Part shown: one piece after another, positions 1 to 8,161 of the stretch
Numbering within the stretch: the stretch's first letter is position 1
Layout: every line of letters begins with the position of its first letter
DNA from: a bacterium
GTDB lineage: Bacteria; CALINM01
Assembly (NCBI GenBank): GCA_041640455.1
Contig: JBEQAF010000005.1
Location: 1-40,630, forward strand
Length of the DNA stretch: 40,630 bases
Direction: 5' to 3'
Position numbers and translations under genes: made by a program
The notes under the pieces: model-generated
What the model was told of the DNA's origin: nothing
Seen by the model: only the letters and a program-made list of their open reading frames with translations
Databases searched by the model: none

Positions 1-168
1 CTTAATTTTCCTTTTATAGGTTTCCTCTATCTCTTTCTGAATATTTTTACACTTTTCAAAGGTTCTGCTTGCAAGAACTATCTCTTCAAATACAGCCGGT
101 AGCTGGGCACATTTTTTTGTTGTCACATTGCTAACCCCACCGGCTCCTATAATTAAAACCTTTCCCAT
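1..168 (-). CDS. Carboxy(nor)spermidine dehydrogenase / saccharopine dehydrogenase family protein, N-terminal part (runs off the left edge; not in the ORF track)
   Basis: Manual translation from ATG at 168: MGKVLIIGAGGVSNVTTKKCAQLPAVFEEIVLASRTFEKC. Rossmann GxGxxS motif and the KCAQ...LASRT..KC pattern of this family; SD GGAGGTG upstream. Confidence 0.8.
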   Translation of the reverse strand, partial: MGKVLIIGAGGVSNVTTKKCAQLPAVFEEIVLASRTFEKCKNIQKEIEETYKRKIK

Positions 169-221
169 TTTACACCTCCGTTAAGGTTAAAATATTATAC
201 TTTTTTCTAATTTTAAAATCA

Positions 222-1268
222 TTATAAACTTCTTTCTATCCATCCTCCGCCCACTACCCTGTCTCCGTCATATATTACCGCCGCCTGACCGGGAGTTATG
301 GCTCTCTGAGCTGTCTCAAAGCTTATTCGGTATTTATCGTTTACTATTCTAATATAAGCCCTTTCGCCTCTATGTTTATATCTTATCTTAACTGAATAGC
401 TTCTGTCTTCCCGTACATGATCAAGCAGGTTCAGATCCTTAATATCAAACTCCTTTTTAAATAGATATTCTTCCCTATCTGCTATTATAATATTTTTTTC
501 TGGAATAATATCAATTACATATATGGGATAACCTTTAGCCACATTAAGCCCGCCTCTTTGCCCTATTGTATAGTTAAAATACCCCTTGTGTCTGCCTATC
601 ACGTTTCCTTTAATATCTGTTATGTCACCAGGCTCTTCACGAAAACCATGTTTTTTAAGGAACTCCCTATAATCATTCTCTATAAAGCAGATCTCCTGAC
701 TCTCTTTTTTTCTTGCCGTTACAAGCCCCTCTCTCTCTGCAACAGCTCTAACCTGCTCCTTTGTATAATCCCCTAAGGGGAAGATTATTTTTGATAACAG
801 AGCTCTCGTAATATTAAAAAGAAAATAGGATTGATCCTTTTTTCCATCCACACCTTTGCATAAAAAATATTCATCTCCTTCCTTCACTATTCTTGCATAA
901 TGACCTGTGGCAAGATAATCAGCCCCCATAAGCTGTGCTTTATTGAGGAGAAAATTAAATTTTAAATAAAGGTTGCAGTTAATGCAGGGATTAGGGGTAT
1001 TCCCTTTTTTATATTCTCTTATAAAATATTCAATCACGTACTCTCTGAACTCATCCTGAAAGTTCAGCACATAAAAGGGGATCTTAAGCTTCTCTGAAAC
1101 TCTGAGCGCATCAAGCGAATCGGATAAACTGCAACATGTGCTCTTAGACTCCGGGTCGTCCCATAGCTTCATAAATACGCCAAAGACATCATACCCTGCT
1201 TCTTTAAGCAAAAAAGCCGCTACGGAGCTATCCACTCCGCCGCTCATTGCCACACATACTTTTTTCAT
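222..1268 (-). CDS. mnmA: tRNA 2-thiouridine(34) synthase MnmA
   Basis: SGGVDS PP-loop, TPNPCINCN, ATGHY, KDQSYFL, SQEICF, YTIGQR, TPGQ motifs. Confidence 0.97.
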   Translation of the reverse strand: MKKVCVAMSGGVDSSVAAFLLKEAGYDVFGVFMKLWDDPESKSTCCSLSDSLDALRVSEKLKIPFYVLNFQDEFREYVIEYFIREYKKGNTPNPCINCNLYLKFNFLLNKAQLMGADYLATGHYARIVKEGDEYFLCKGVDGKKDQSYFLFNITRALLSKIIFPLGDYTKEQVRAVAEREGLVTARKKESQEICFIENDYREFLKKHGFREEPGDITDIKGNVIGRHKGYFNYTIGQRGGLNVAKGYPIYVIDIIPEKNIIIADREEYLFKKEFDIKDLNLLDHVREDRSYSVKIRYKHRGERAYIRIVNDKYRISFETAQRAITPGQAAVIYDGDRVVGGGWIERSL

Positions 1269-1287
1269 CTAAGGTAAGTTTAAGGAT

Positions 1288-2451
1288 TTATTTCTTTTTA
1301 TAAAATGGTGACATGCTTCTGATTTTTTCAACAATCTCTGGTAAAACAGATATAAAATAATCTACCTCATCCTCGGTGTTACCATAGCCAAGACTAATTC
1401 TTAAAGCACCTCTGCTGCATAGTGGATCCAGATTCATAGCCTGCAATACATAAGATGGCTCTGTGGCGCCGGATGAACAGGCTGATCCGGTTGATACAGC
1501 TATTCCTTTCATATCAAGCATAACAAGCAGCGCTTCCGCTTCAATATACTTAAAGCTGATATTTGACGTATTGTATAATCTCCTTTCAGGATGTCCATTA
1601 ATATAGGTTTCTGGAATGTTTCCCAGTATATATCTTTCAAGCTTATCTCTCAGGTATCTTATCTCCTGCTCTTTTTTCTGATGCTCCTCTTTAGCTATCC
1701 TTGCAGCCTCACCAATGGCAACAATGCCTATCATATTCTCTGTTCCAGCTCTTAGCTCTCTCTCCTGATGACCACCAGATATGAGCGGTAGCACCTTAAC
1801 CCCCTGTCTAATATACTGAAAGCCTACGCCTTTAGGAGCATTAAATTTGTGACCAGAAGCTGTTAATATGTCCACACCAAGCTCTTTTACATCAATGGGA
1901 ATTTTGCCAACCACCTGAACTGCATCGGTGTGAAAAATTATGTCATGCTCCTTCGCGATATCTGCTATCTCCTTTATGGGGAAAATATTGCCCGTTTCAT
2001 TGTTAGCATACATTACTGAGATAAGCACCGTATCTTTTCTTATCGCCCTTCTTATATCTTCAGGATCAATCATGCCATAATTATCTACAGGTATATAGGT
2101 AACTTCAAAGCCATAATCTTCAAGAAACTTACAGGTTCTGTATACTGCTGGATGCTCAACAATGGTTGTGATCATATGGCGACCTTTGCTGAGATTCCCC
2201 ATCAGGACGCCCTTAATAGCCATATTGTCACCTTCAGATCCACAACTTGTAAAAATTATCTCCGAATGCTGGGCGTTTACAAGATTGGCAACCTTTTCCC
2301 TTGCCTCTTCAACATAAGCTCTGACCTCTCTGCCAGCCCAGTGAATAGAAGAGGGGTTGCCAAATTTCTCATTAAGAAATGGCATTATAGCCTTTGCTAC
2401 CTCCGGATGAACAGGAGTGGTGGCATTATGATCAAAATATACCTTTTTCAT
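1288..2451 (-). CDS. iscS: Cysteine desulfurase (IscS/NifS, group I)
   Basis: YFDHNATT, HTDAVQ, SGHK (PLP lysine), STGSACSS (catalytic Cys). Confidence 0.95.
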   Translation of the reverse strand: MKKVYFDHNATTPVHPEVAKAIMPFLNEKFGNPSSIHWAGREVRAYVEEAREKVANLVNAQHSEIIFTSCGSEGDNMAIKGVLMGNLSKGRHMITTIVEHPAVYRTCKFLEDYGFEVTYIPVDNYGMIDPEDIRRAIRKDTVLISVMYANNETGNIFPIKEIADIAKEHDIIFHTDAVQVVGKIPIDVKELGVDILTASGHKFNAPKGVGFQYIRQGVKVLPLISGGHQERELRAGTENMIGIVAIGEAARIAKEEHQKKEQEIRYLRDKLERYILGNIPETYINGHPERRLYNTSNISFKYIEAEALLVMLDMKGIAVSTGSACSSGATEPSYVLQAMNLDPLCSRGALRISLGYGNTEDEVDYFISVLPEIVEKIRSMSPFYKKK

Positions 2452-2459
2452 GTTAGATT

Positions 2460-2489
2460 AGACTACCAGAATACGAGCCATTTAGTCAA
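2460..2489 (-). promoter_or_regulatory. Candidate sigma70 promoter for iscS-mnmA (TTGACT-N18-TAGTCT with extended -10 TG)
   Basis: -35 at 2489-2484; -10 at 2465-2460, 8 nt upstream of the iscS ATG; no SD present. Confidence 0.45.
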
Positions 2490-2500
2490 GATAATGTTTA

Positions 2501-2998
2501 TTAATCTCTTCTCCAGCTGACCCTCGCCAGCTTTTCACCTTCCTTATATTTGATTGTCAGCTCTCCTTTAAAGGATTTATACACTGCCTCTCCGATCCGC
2601 CTTGCCAGATGATCATAGGTGGTTAAAACCTCTATTTTGCCATTTTCATCCTTTATATCCATTATCCTCTGAAGAGGTCTGGCTTCTCTTACTTTTTTTT
2701 CAATATTTTTAACTATATTTTTTATCTCTGTTCTTACCTTCTCATCCTTAATAAATTCACCCTCAAACGTGCATATACCAAAGGGTATCTGATCTTTGAT
2801 AATTTTGCAGGCAGGGCAGATCTCCTTGTTTGTTATATTTTCCTTCAACGATTTTACCGCCCATCTTCCATCAACAAATACAAGCCCGCAGACTTTACAT
2901 TCCGTAGGCTCTTCATATTTTTTATACTCAAAATAGGGATTCCCCCTGTCCAGATGTTTAATATCCCTTCTATCCTTTGCTTGAAAATTTTTTGTCAT
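2501..2998 (-). CDS. BCAM0308-family protein (two CxxC motifs, putative metal binding, function unknown)
   Basis: EPTECKVCGLVFVDGRW, CPACKII, PLQRIM, HLARRIGEAV and a C-terminal VSWRR match my recollection of the family; SD AGGAGGGG. Confidence 0.75.
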   Translation of the reverse strand: MTKNFQAKDRRDIKHLDRGNPYFEYKKYEEPTECKVCGLVFVDGRWAVKSLKENITNKEICPACKIIKDQIPFGICTFEGEFIKDEKVRTEIKNIVKNIEKKVREARPLQRIMDIKDENGKIEVLTTYDHLARRIGEAVYKSFKGELTIKYKEGEKLARVSWRRD

Positions 2999-3028
2999 AG
3001 CCCCTCCTTTGAAAATAGTTACTGATAA

Positions 3029-4015
3029 TTAAAGTTTATCTTTATTCTGGGCTACAGTCAAATCAGGCGACTTTTTGCGATCCACAAAACCTATCTTTGT
3101 TACCTTCTGCAAAAGACCCGTTTTTATTAGCGGGAAATGATCTACCTTACTGAAATATCTTCCGTTTACCCGGTTTAAAGCCTGGAACCCCATAGGCTCT
3201 TTCCCTTTAAAACCTGAATATATCATTATATGTCCTGGAAAATAAAGCAGAACATCGTAAGGTTTGGAAGCTCTGAGAATTTTTTTCTTTTCAGCTATGC
3301 CTTTATCTGACACATCAATATGTTCCACCTCAGATATCTGCTGATAGGAGTTTCGGGGAAATCTAATATCAAAGAGGCTGTAAAAGTCCTTTACCAGATA
3401 GGAGCAGTCCCAGCCATTTTCTCCGCCACCCCAGACATAGGGATAACCTAAAAATATTTTTGAATTTTTACGATAATTTCTATTACTTTTTTTAACCTTT
3501 TTAGTAGCAAAGAAATTTTTTATCCTTGCCCTGTATAAACCATCATCCCAGATTAAAGCCAGATAACTGTTTTTTTCAAACCTATCTACTTTTAGCTCCG
3601 TAGCTACAGGAAAAATTACGTCGTTTATAACCAAAGGTTTTTTCAGATAGATTGTATTTTTGGATTTAAGCAGGTTTAGATGTTCTTCATCGATGAAGCT
3701 TATCACATCTTCTTTAATAAAACCCTTAATGTCATCATGCTCCACATAATAAAAGGGCATATCTTTTATCTTCCCGTAAACATTGATAATGCTCTGTGGC
3801 TTAATAAAGGTAAGAATATTATTTTTAGAAATGCCAGCGGAATAGGGTTTAAAAACCAGATATTCACCTTTTCTTAATACTCCAAAGAGATTCATGGACG
3901 AATAGTTGCTGTAAGATATCTCATATCGCATTTCATTATCATCATTAAAAACAAGCTGGGCAATAGAACTACTGAAGGTAAAAAGTATCAGTAAAACTGC
4001 TAAGAGAGCTGGCAT
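3029..4015 (-). CDS. Secreted NlpC/P60 (C40) cell-wall peptidase, probably with SH3-like N-terminal region
   Basis: Signal-peptide-like N-terminus; LGYPYVWGG...DCS...PRNS..Q...GHIMIY catalytic Cys/His motifs. Confidence 0.8.
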   Translation of the reverse strand: MPALLAVLLILFTFSSSIAQLVFNDDNEMRYEISYSNYSSMNLFGVLRKGEYLVFKPYSAGISKNNILTFIKPQSIINVYGKIKDMPFYYVEHDDIKGFIKEDVISFIDEEHLNLLKSKNTIYLKKPLVINDVIFPVATELKVDRFEKNSYLALIWDDGLYRARIKNFFATKKVKKSNRNYRKNSKIFLGYPYVWGGGENGWDCSYLVKDFYSLFDIRFPRNSYQQISEVEHIDVSDKGIAEKKKILRASKPYDVLLYFPGHIMIYSGFKGKEPMGFQALNRVNGRYFSKVDHFPLIKTGLLQKVTKIGFVDRKKSPDLTVAQNKDKL

Positions 4016-4464
4016 GGGTTTTCTACCTCTTTTAACTGTCTTTTCTTTTCATCGGTCAGTTTAATACGGATTTTAAATTCAGGATTGGCGAACCTATCCT
4101 TTTTCTTAAAAAAAAGCCAGTCTTTTGGAGATTTAAGTCTTTTCAGAATGAAAAGACCCTGCAACTCCTCTCCGTAAAACTTAAGCTCCAGCAGCCCCTC
4201 TTCAAGCGATCCCTTTAATATCTCATAATCTCCTCTGTCCCAGATTACTACAGCACCTGCACCATAGCTACCTTCCGGGATCAGTCCTTCAAAACTCGCA
4301 TAGGATAACTGATGATCTTCTACAAGGATGGCAAGTCTTTTATCTTGAGGATTCATGGAAGGTCCTTTAGGTATAGCAAAGGATTTTAAAACCCCCTCCA
4401 TCTCCAGCCTTAGATCAAAATGAAGATTTTTTGAATGATGCTCATGAACTACAAAATGAGCCAT
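4000..4464 (-). CDS. Stand-alone DNA ligase D 3'-phosphoesterase (PE) domain protein
   Basis: H-x5-H-x-D-x-R (HHSKNLHFDLRLE), PKGPS, EDHxxxY, FEGxIPEGxYGAG, IWDRG. Confidence 0.9.
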   Translation of the reverse strand: MAHFVVHEHHSKNLHFDLRLEMEGVLKSFAIPKGPSMNPQDKRLAILVEDHQLSYASFEGLIPEGSYGAGAVVIWDRGDYEILKGSLEEGLLELKFYGEELQGLFILKRLKSPKDWLFFKKKDRFANPEFKIRIKLTDEKKRQLKEVENPCQLS

Positions 4465-4548
4465 ATCATATTTTAACCCAATAACTTTTTTATTTAAATA
4501 TTTTTGCCTGTTTTTTAAAAAAATTTTTGTGATAATATTCTATTGTAA

Positions 4549-5097
4549 ATGAAGAAATTTTTCATTCTCGTTTTTCTTTTTCTTCTTTTCAACTTTACCG
4601 ATGCCCAGATATATCGTTACGTTGACAAAGATGGCTCTGTAATTATTACCAATGACCTTAATGATATACCGCTTCAGCATAGATCAAAGGTTGAGATAAT
4701 AAAGGAAGAGAAATCTGAGGTTAAAGATATTAAACCAGTCTCACCTCCGCCAAAAACCTCTATAACACAAACAGAACAAAAAACAACCCCCTCTGCTATA
4801 TCTGAAACAAAGGCTTTACTTTCTGAAAAGTCTCCATACAGGGATTTCTTTAATATAGCCGTGCCTATTTCAATGGCTATTATATTTATCTTTGCTCATA
4901 AGATACTTTTTTTTATTGATAATAAAAGAGTTATTGCCCTTGCGAGATTTGCGCTGGTCATTCTTTTTTTAATCTATCTATTTAACAAACATTTAAACAG
5001 AATGGCAGATTCTTATCTTGAAGCTAAAAAGGATATAAAAAATATTCAAAAAACTATTGAGACTAAGGATCTAAAGATTGACCAGCTGACCAAATAG
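4549..5097 (+). CDS. DUF4124-domain exported/membrane protein
   Basis: Signal peptide, then IYRYVDKDGSVIITND (DUF4124 pattern), a P/T/Q-rich linker and two hydrophobic segments. Confidence 0.7.
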   Translation: MKKFFILVFLFLLFNFTDAQIYRYVDKDGSVIITNDLNDIPLQHRSKVEIIKEEKSEVKDIKPVSPPPKTSITQTEQKTTPSAISETKALLSEKSPYRDFFNIAVPISMAIIFIFAHKILFFIDNKRVIALARFALVILFLIYLFNKHLNRMADSYLEAKKDIKNIQKTIETKDLKIDQLTK

Positions 5098-5126
5098 AAA
5101 AGGGGGGGAAAGATCCCCCCTCTTTT
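5098..5126. terminator. Bidirectional intrinsic terminator between convergent genes
   Basis: AAAAGGGGGGGA-AAGA-TCCCCCCTCTTTT hairpin flanked by A and T tracts. Confidence 0.75.
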
Positions 5127-5130
5127 ATGT

Positions 5131-7077
5131 TTATATTTTCATCTTGCTGACAGCTTCTTTTATCTCATCAACAGAAGCGCCATCTTCAATAGTAGAAAGG
5201 TCTCCAAGATCCTCTCCCGTCCAGAGCTTTTTCATAACCCTTCTCATTATCTTTCCGCTTCTTGTTTTAGGCAGCATCTTTACAAACTGAATATCTCTAA
5301 TAACAACTATGGGACCCATAACCTTTCTCACATGCAAAATGAGTTCCTTTTTTAGTTCCTCCGATGCCTCAAATCCAGTCTTTAGCACCACAAAGGCACA
5401 GGCAACTTCGCCCTTTAGCTCATCTGGTACACCTGACACACCGGATTCAGCAACTGCTGGATGAGATATAAGAGCATTCTCAATCTCAATAGTTCCTATT
5501 CTGTGAGCAGATATTTTAATTACTTCATCAGCTCTTCCTACAAACCAGATATATCCATCTTCATCTCTATATGCGCCATCACCTGAGCAGTACATGCCCT
5601 TCAGTGTATCAATCTTTTCCCAGTAATCAGCTCTGTATCTATCAGGCTCTCCCCAGAGAGTGGGGGTTAGTCCGGGGAAGGGTTTTTTAATTACAAATAT
5701 ACCTTTTTCACCGGGCTCGCAGGATTTTCCAGTCTTTTCATCTACAATATCTACCTGAACACCGGGAACTGCCAGAGAGGATGAGCCGGGTTTTATGGGA
5801 TATAATCCAAGCCCGTAAGGATTACCTATAACTGGTCCTGACGTCTCTGTCTGCCACATATGGTCAATTACAGGTATCCTGTCTTCAAACACGCCCTTCT
5901 GTAACCATTCCCATGCGGCAGGATTTAGCACCTCACCGGCGCAAAACACTCTTTCTACCGATGATATGTCATGTTTTCTTGCCTCTTCAACACCAAGCTT
6001 CATAAGCCCTCTAACGCCTGTGGGGGATATCCAGAGCGCTGTAACTTTGTTCTTTTCTATCACATCCCAGATCATGTCTTTTCTTGGATAATCTGGTGTT
6101 CCTTCAAAAAGCACAGTTGTGCAGCCTGAAATTAAAGGTCCGTAAACATTATAGCTATGCCCCACTATCCAGCCTATGTCTGAAGTGGCAAACCAGACAT
6201 CGTCCGGTCTTATCTTATATATCCACTGTCCCATAGAATAAACATACTGCTGGTATCCGCCGTGTACATGAACTGTAACTTTTGGCTTTGCAGTGGTGCC
6301 TGAGGTAGGCAACAAAAAGAGCGGTTCATTGGACTCAACCCATTCAACTTCGCCAGAATTACCTTCTGCATATTTTAAAAACTCTTCCCAGTAGATGTCT
6401 CTACCGGCAACCATTGGTCTTTCACCATCATGAGCCCTTTTTAAGACAACAACCTTTTTAATCTGACCAGCTGGCACCTCATTTATAGCATCATCAATTA
6501 CCTTTTTCAGTTCAATAGTTGTCCCTCTTCTGTGGTTAACATCCTGAGTAAGTATGTATTCAGCTCCGGAAAGCACTATTCTGTCTGCAACAGCCTTGTA
6601 AGAGAATCCTGCAAAAACAACCACATGTATGGCGCCAATCCTTGCGCATGCCAGCATCGCTGCAACTGGCTCAATCCCCATGGGCATATAGATTACCACT
6701 CTGTCTCCTTTTTTAACTCCCATTCCTCTAAGAGCCGCCGCATAGGTCTTTACCAGATTAAGAAGTTGCCCATAGGTGATAACTTTAGTTTCACCTGTCT
6801 CTGCAATCTCTGAAACTATCGCCGCTTTTCCCTGTCTTCCTTTCTGAACATTATAGTCCACAGCAGAGTAACAGATATTGGTTAACCCGCCGATAAACCA
6901 TTTAAAGGTAGGATAGTTCCATTCGAAGGTTTTGTCCCACTTTTTCTTCCAGTAAATTTCATGCATGGAATTAATTGCAGCTTCTTCCCAGAAGCCTTCG
7001 AGGTCATCATAGCCTTTTTTCAAAAAACTCTTTACAAACGGTGGTATTAGCTCCACATTGCTTTTCTTCTCATCCAT
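5131..7077 (-). CDS. AMP-forming short-chain acyl-CoA synthetase, PrpE-like (propionate/acetate--CoA ligase)
   Basis: [41 protein letters not shown]. Start moved to ATG 7077 because a GGGAGGG SD precedes it (track start 7089 is a TTG). Confidence 0.85.
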   Translation of the reverse strand: MDEKKSNVELIPPFVKSFLKKGYDDLEGFWEEAAINSMHEIYWKKKWDKTFEWNYPTFKWFIGGLTNICYSAVDYNVQKGRQGKAAIVSEIAETGETKVITYGQLLNLVKTYAAALRGMGVKKGDRVVIYMPMGIEPVAAMLACARIGAIHVVVFAGFSYKAVADRIVLSGAEYILTQDVNHRRGTTIELKKVIDDAINEVPAGQIKKVVVLKRAHDGERPMVAGRDIYWEEFLKYAEGNSGEVEWVESNEPLFLLPTSGTTAKPKVTVHVHGGYQQYVYSMGQWIYKIRPDDVWFATSDIGWIVGHSYNVYGPLISGCTTVLFEGTPDYPRKDMIWDVIEKNKVTALWISPTGVRGLMKLGVEEARKHDISSVERVFCAGEVLNPAAWEWLQKGVFEDRIPVIDHMWQTETSGPVIGNPYGLGLYPIKPGSSSLAVPGVQVDIVDEKTGKSCEPGEKGIFVIKKPFPGLTPTLWGEPDRYRADYWEKIDTLKGMYCSGDGAYRDEDGYIWFVGRADEVIKISAHRIGTIEIENALISHPAVAESGVSGVPDELKGEVACAFVVLKTGFEASEELKKELILHVRKVMGPIVVIRDIQFVKMLPKTRSGKIMRRVMKKLWTGEDLGDLSTIEDGASVDEIKEAVSKMKI

Positions 7078-7096
7078 AAACCCTCCCAAAAATTTG

Positions 7097-7897
7097 TTAG
7101 TCTTCCATTATAAATCCCAATCGGTGGGATATCTCTTTTGCGCCTTCCATAACAATGTTTGCATAAAAGCCATAAAGCTTTTCGTCGTCCATTCTGATAG
7201 ATGGTGCTGATATGGAAAGAGCGCCAACAATCTTTCTTGTATAATCTCTAATCGGTGCTGCAATACATCTTACACCCAGATCGAGCTCCTCCAGATCGGT
7301 GGCAAAGCCCTTCTTTTTCACTTCATCAAGCACCTTTATTAGTGTTGTGCGGGAAGTAATAGTATTGGGGGTAAATTTCTTCAGCTCTTCTGTTGGCAAG
7401 AGTTTAAGAATATCGTCTTCGTTCTCCCATGCTAAAAGCACTTTGCCCGATGCAGTTGCATGGATTGGAAGCCTGTGACCTATTCTTGAAGTAACCTTAA
7501 CAACCTGATTTGCCTCCACTCCGTCTATATATACACAATTGGCACCTCTAAGAACACTAATATATATGTTCTCGTTACATTTGGCTAATAGCTCCCTCAT
7601 AACAGGATGTGCCTGTCTCAATAAACCAAGATGTTTTACAAACTGCTGACCAAGTTCAAGCACTTTAACACCAAGCTTATAGTTTCCGGTCTGTTTGTCC
7701 TGTTCTATATAACCCCTCAGCTCAAGAGTTGCCAAAAGCCTGAATACATTATTTTTATGCAAACCCAGCTTTTTGCTAAGCTCAGTAACACCCATCTCAT
7801 CATTTTCCCCTTTGAAGGCTTCGAGCAGTTCAATGGCATGAACCACCGACTGAATCAGATAATCTTTTTTGCTTTTCTTTTTTTCTTTTACCTTCAT
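7097..7897 (-). CDS. IclR-family transcriptional regulator
   Basis: HTH GVTELSKKLGLHKNNVFRLLATL; C-terminal HATASGK and EE..GVRCIAAPI; SD AAGGAG. Confidence 0.95.
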   Translation of the reverse strand: MKVKEKKKSKKDYLIQSVVHAIELLEAFKGENDEMGVTELSKKLGLHKNNVFRLLATLELRGYIEQDKQTGNYKLGVKVLELGQQFVKHLGLLRQAHPVMRELLAKCNENIYISVLRGANCVYIDGVEANQVVKVTSRIGHRLPIHATASGKVLLAWENEDDILKLLPTEELKKFTPNTITSRTTLIKVLDEVKKKGFATDLEELDLGVRCIAAPIRDYTRKIVGALSISAPSIRMDDEKLYGFYANIVMEGAKEISHRLGFIMED

Positions 7898-7988
7898 CTG
7901 GTTTTTCTCCTTAAAATTTTCAAATTTTATTTTTAACTATGTTAAATCATTAAAAACGATTTTTTATTCTTTTCTGTTGACTTCTGAT

Positions 7989-8017
7989 ATTATAATTTCA
8001 ATGTTTTTTATTGTCAA
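7989..8017 (-). promoter_or_regulatory. Consensus sigma70 promoter for the iclR-acylCoA synthetase operon
   Basis: Exact TTGACA (8017-8012), 17-nt spacer, TATAAT (7994-7989) on the minus strand. Confidence 0.8.
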
Positions 8018-8088
8018 TTTTTTTAAAACAATTTTTTAAAATATCTTTTGATATTTTTTTCACAAAATTAATTTTTATTATAAATAGC

Positions 8089-8118
8089 TTGACTAAAAAT
8101 AAGCTTATATGCTAAAAA
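8089..8118 (+). promoter_or_regulatory. Candidate sigma70 promoter for acs
   Basis: TTGACT (8089-8094), 18 nt, TG-c-TAAAAA (8113-8118); the -10 is imperfect; strong SD AGGAGG follows. Confidence 0.4.
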
Positions 8119-8161
8119 GTCAATACAATTTTTACTTAAATTAAATTTAGGAGGAGAAAGT

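Noticed and set aside
5102-5120. G7/C6 homopolymers as a phase-variation tract
   Set aside because: They are intergenic, downstream of two convergent genes, and form the terminator stem.
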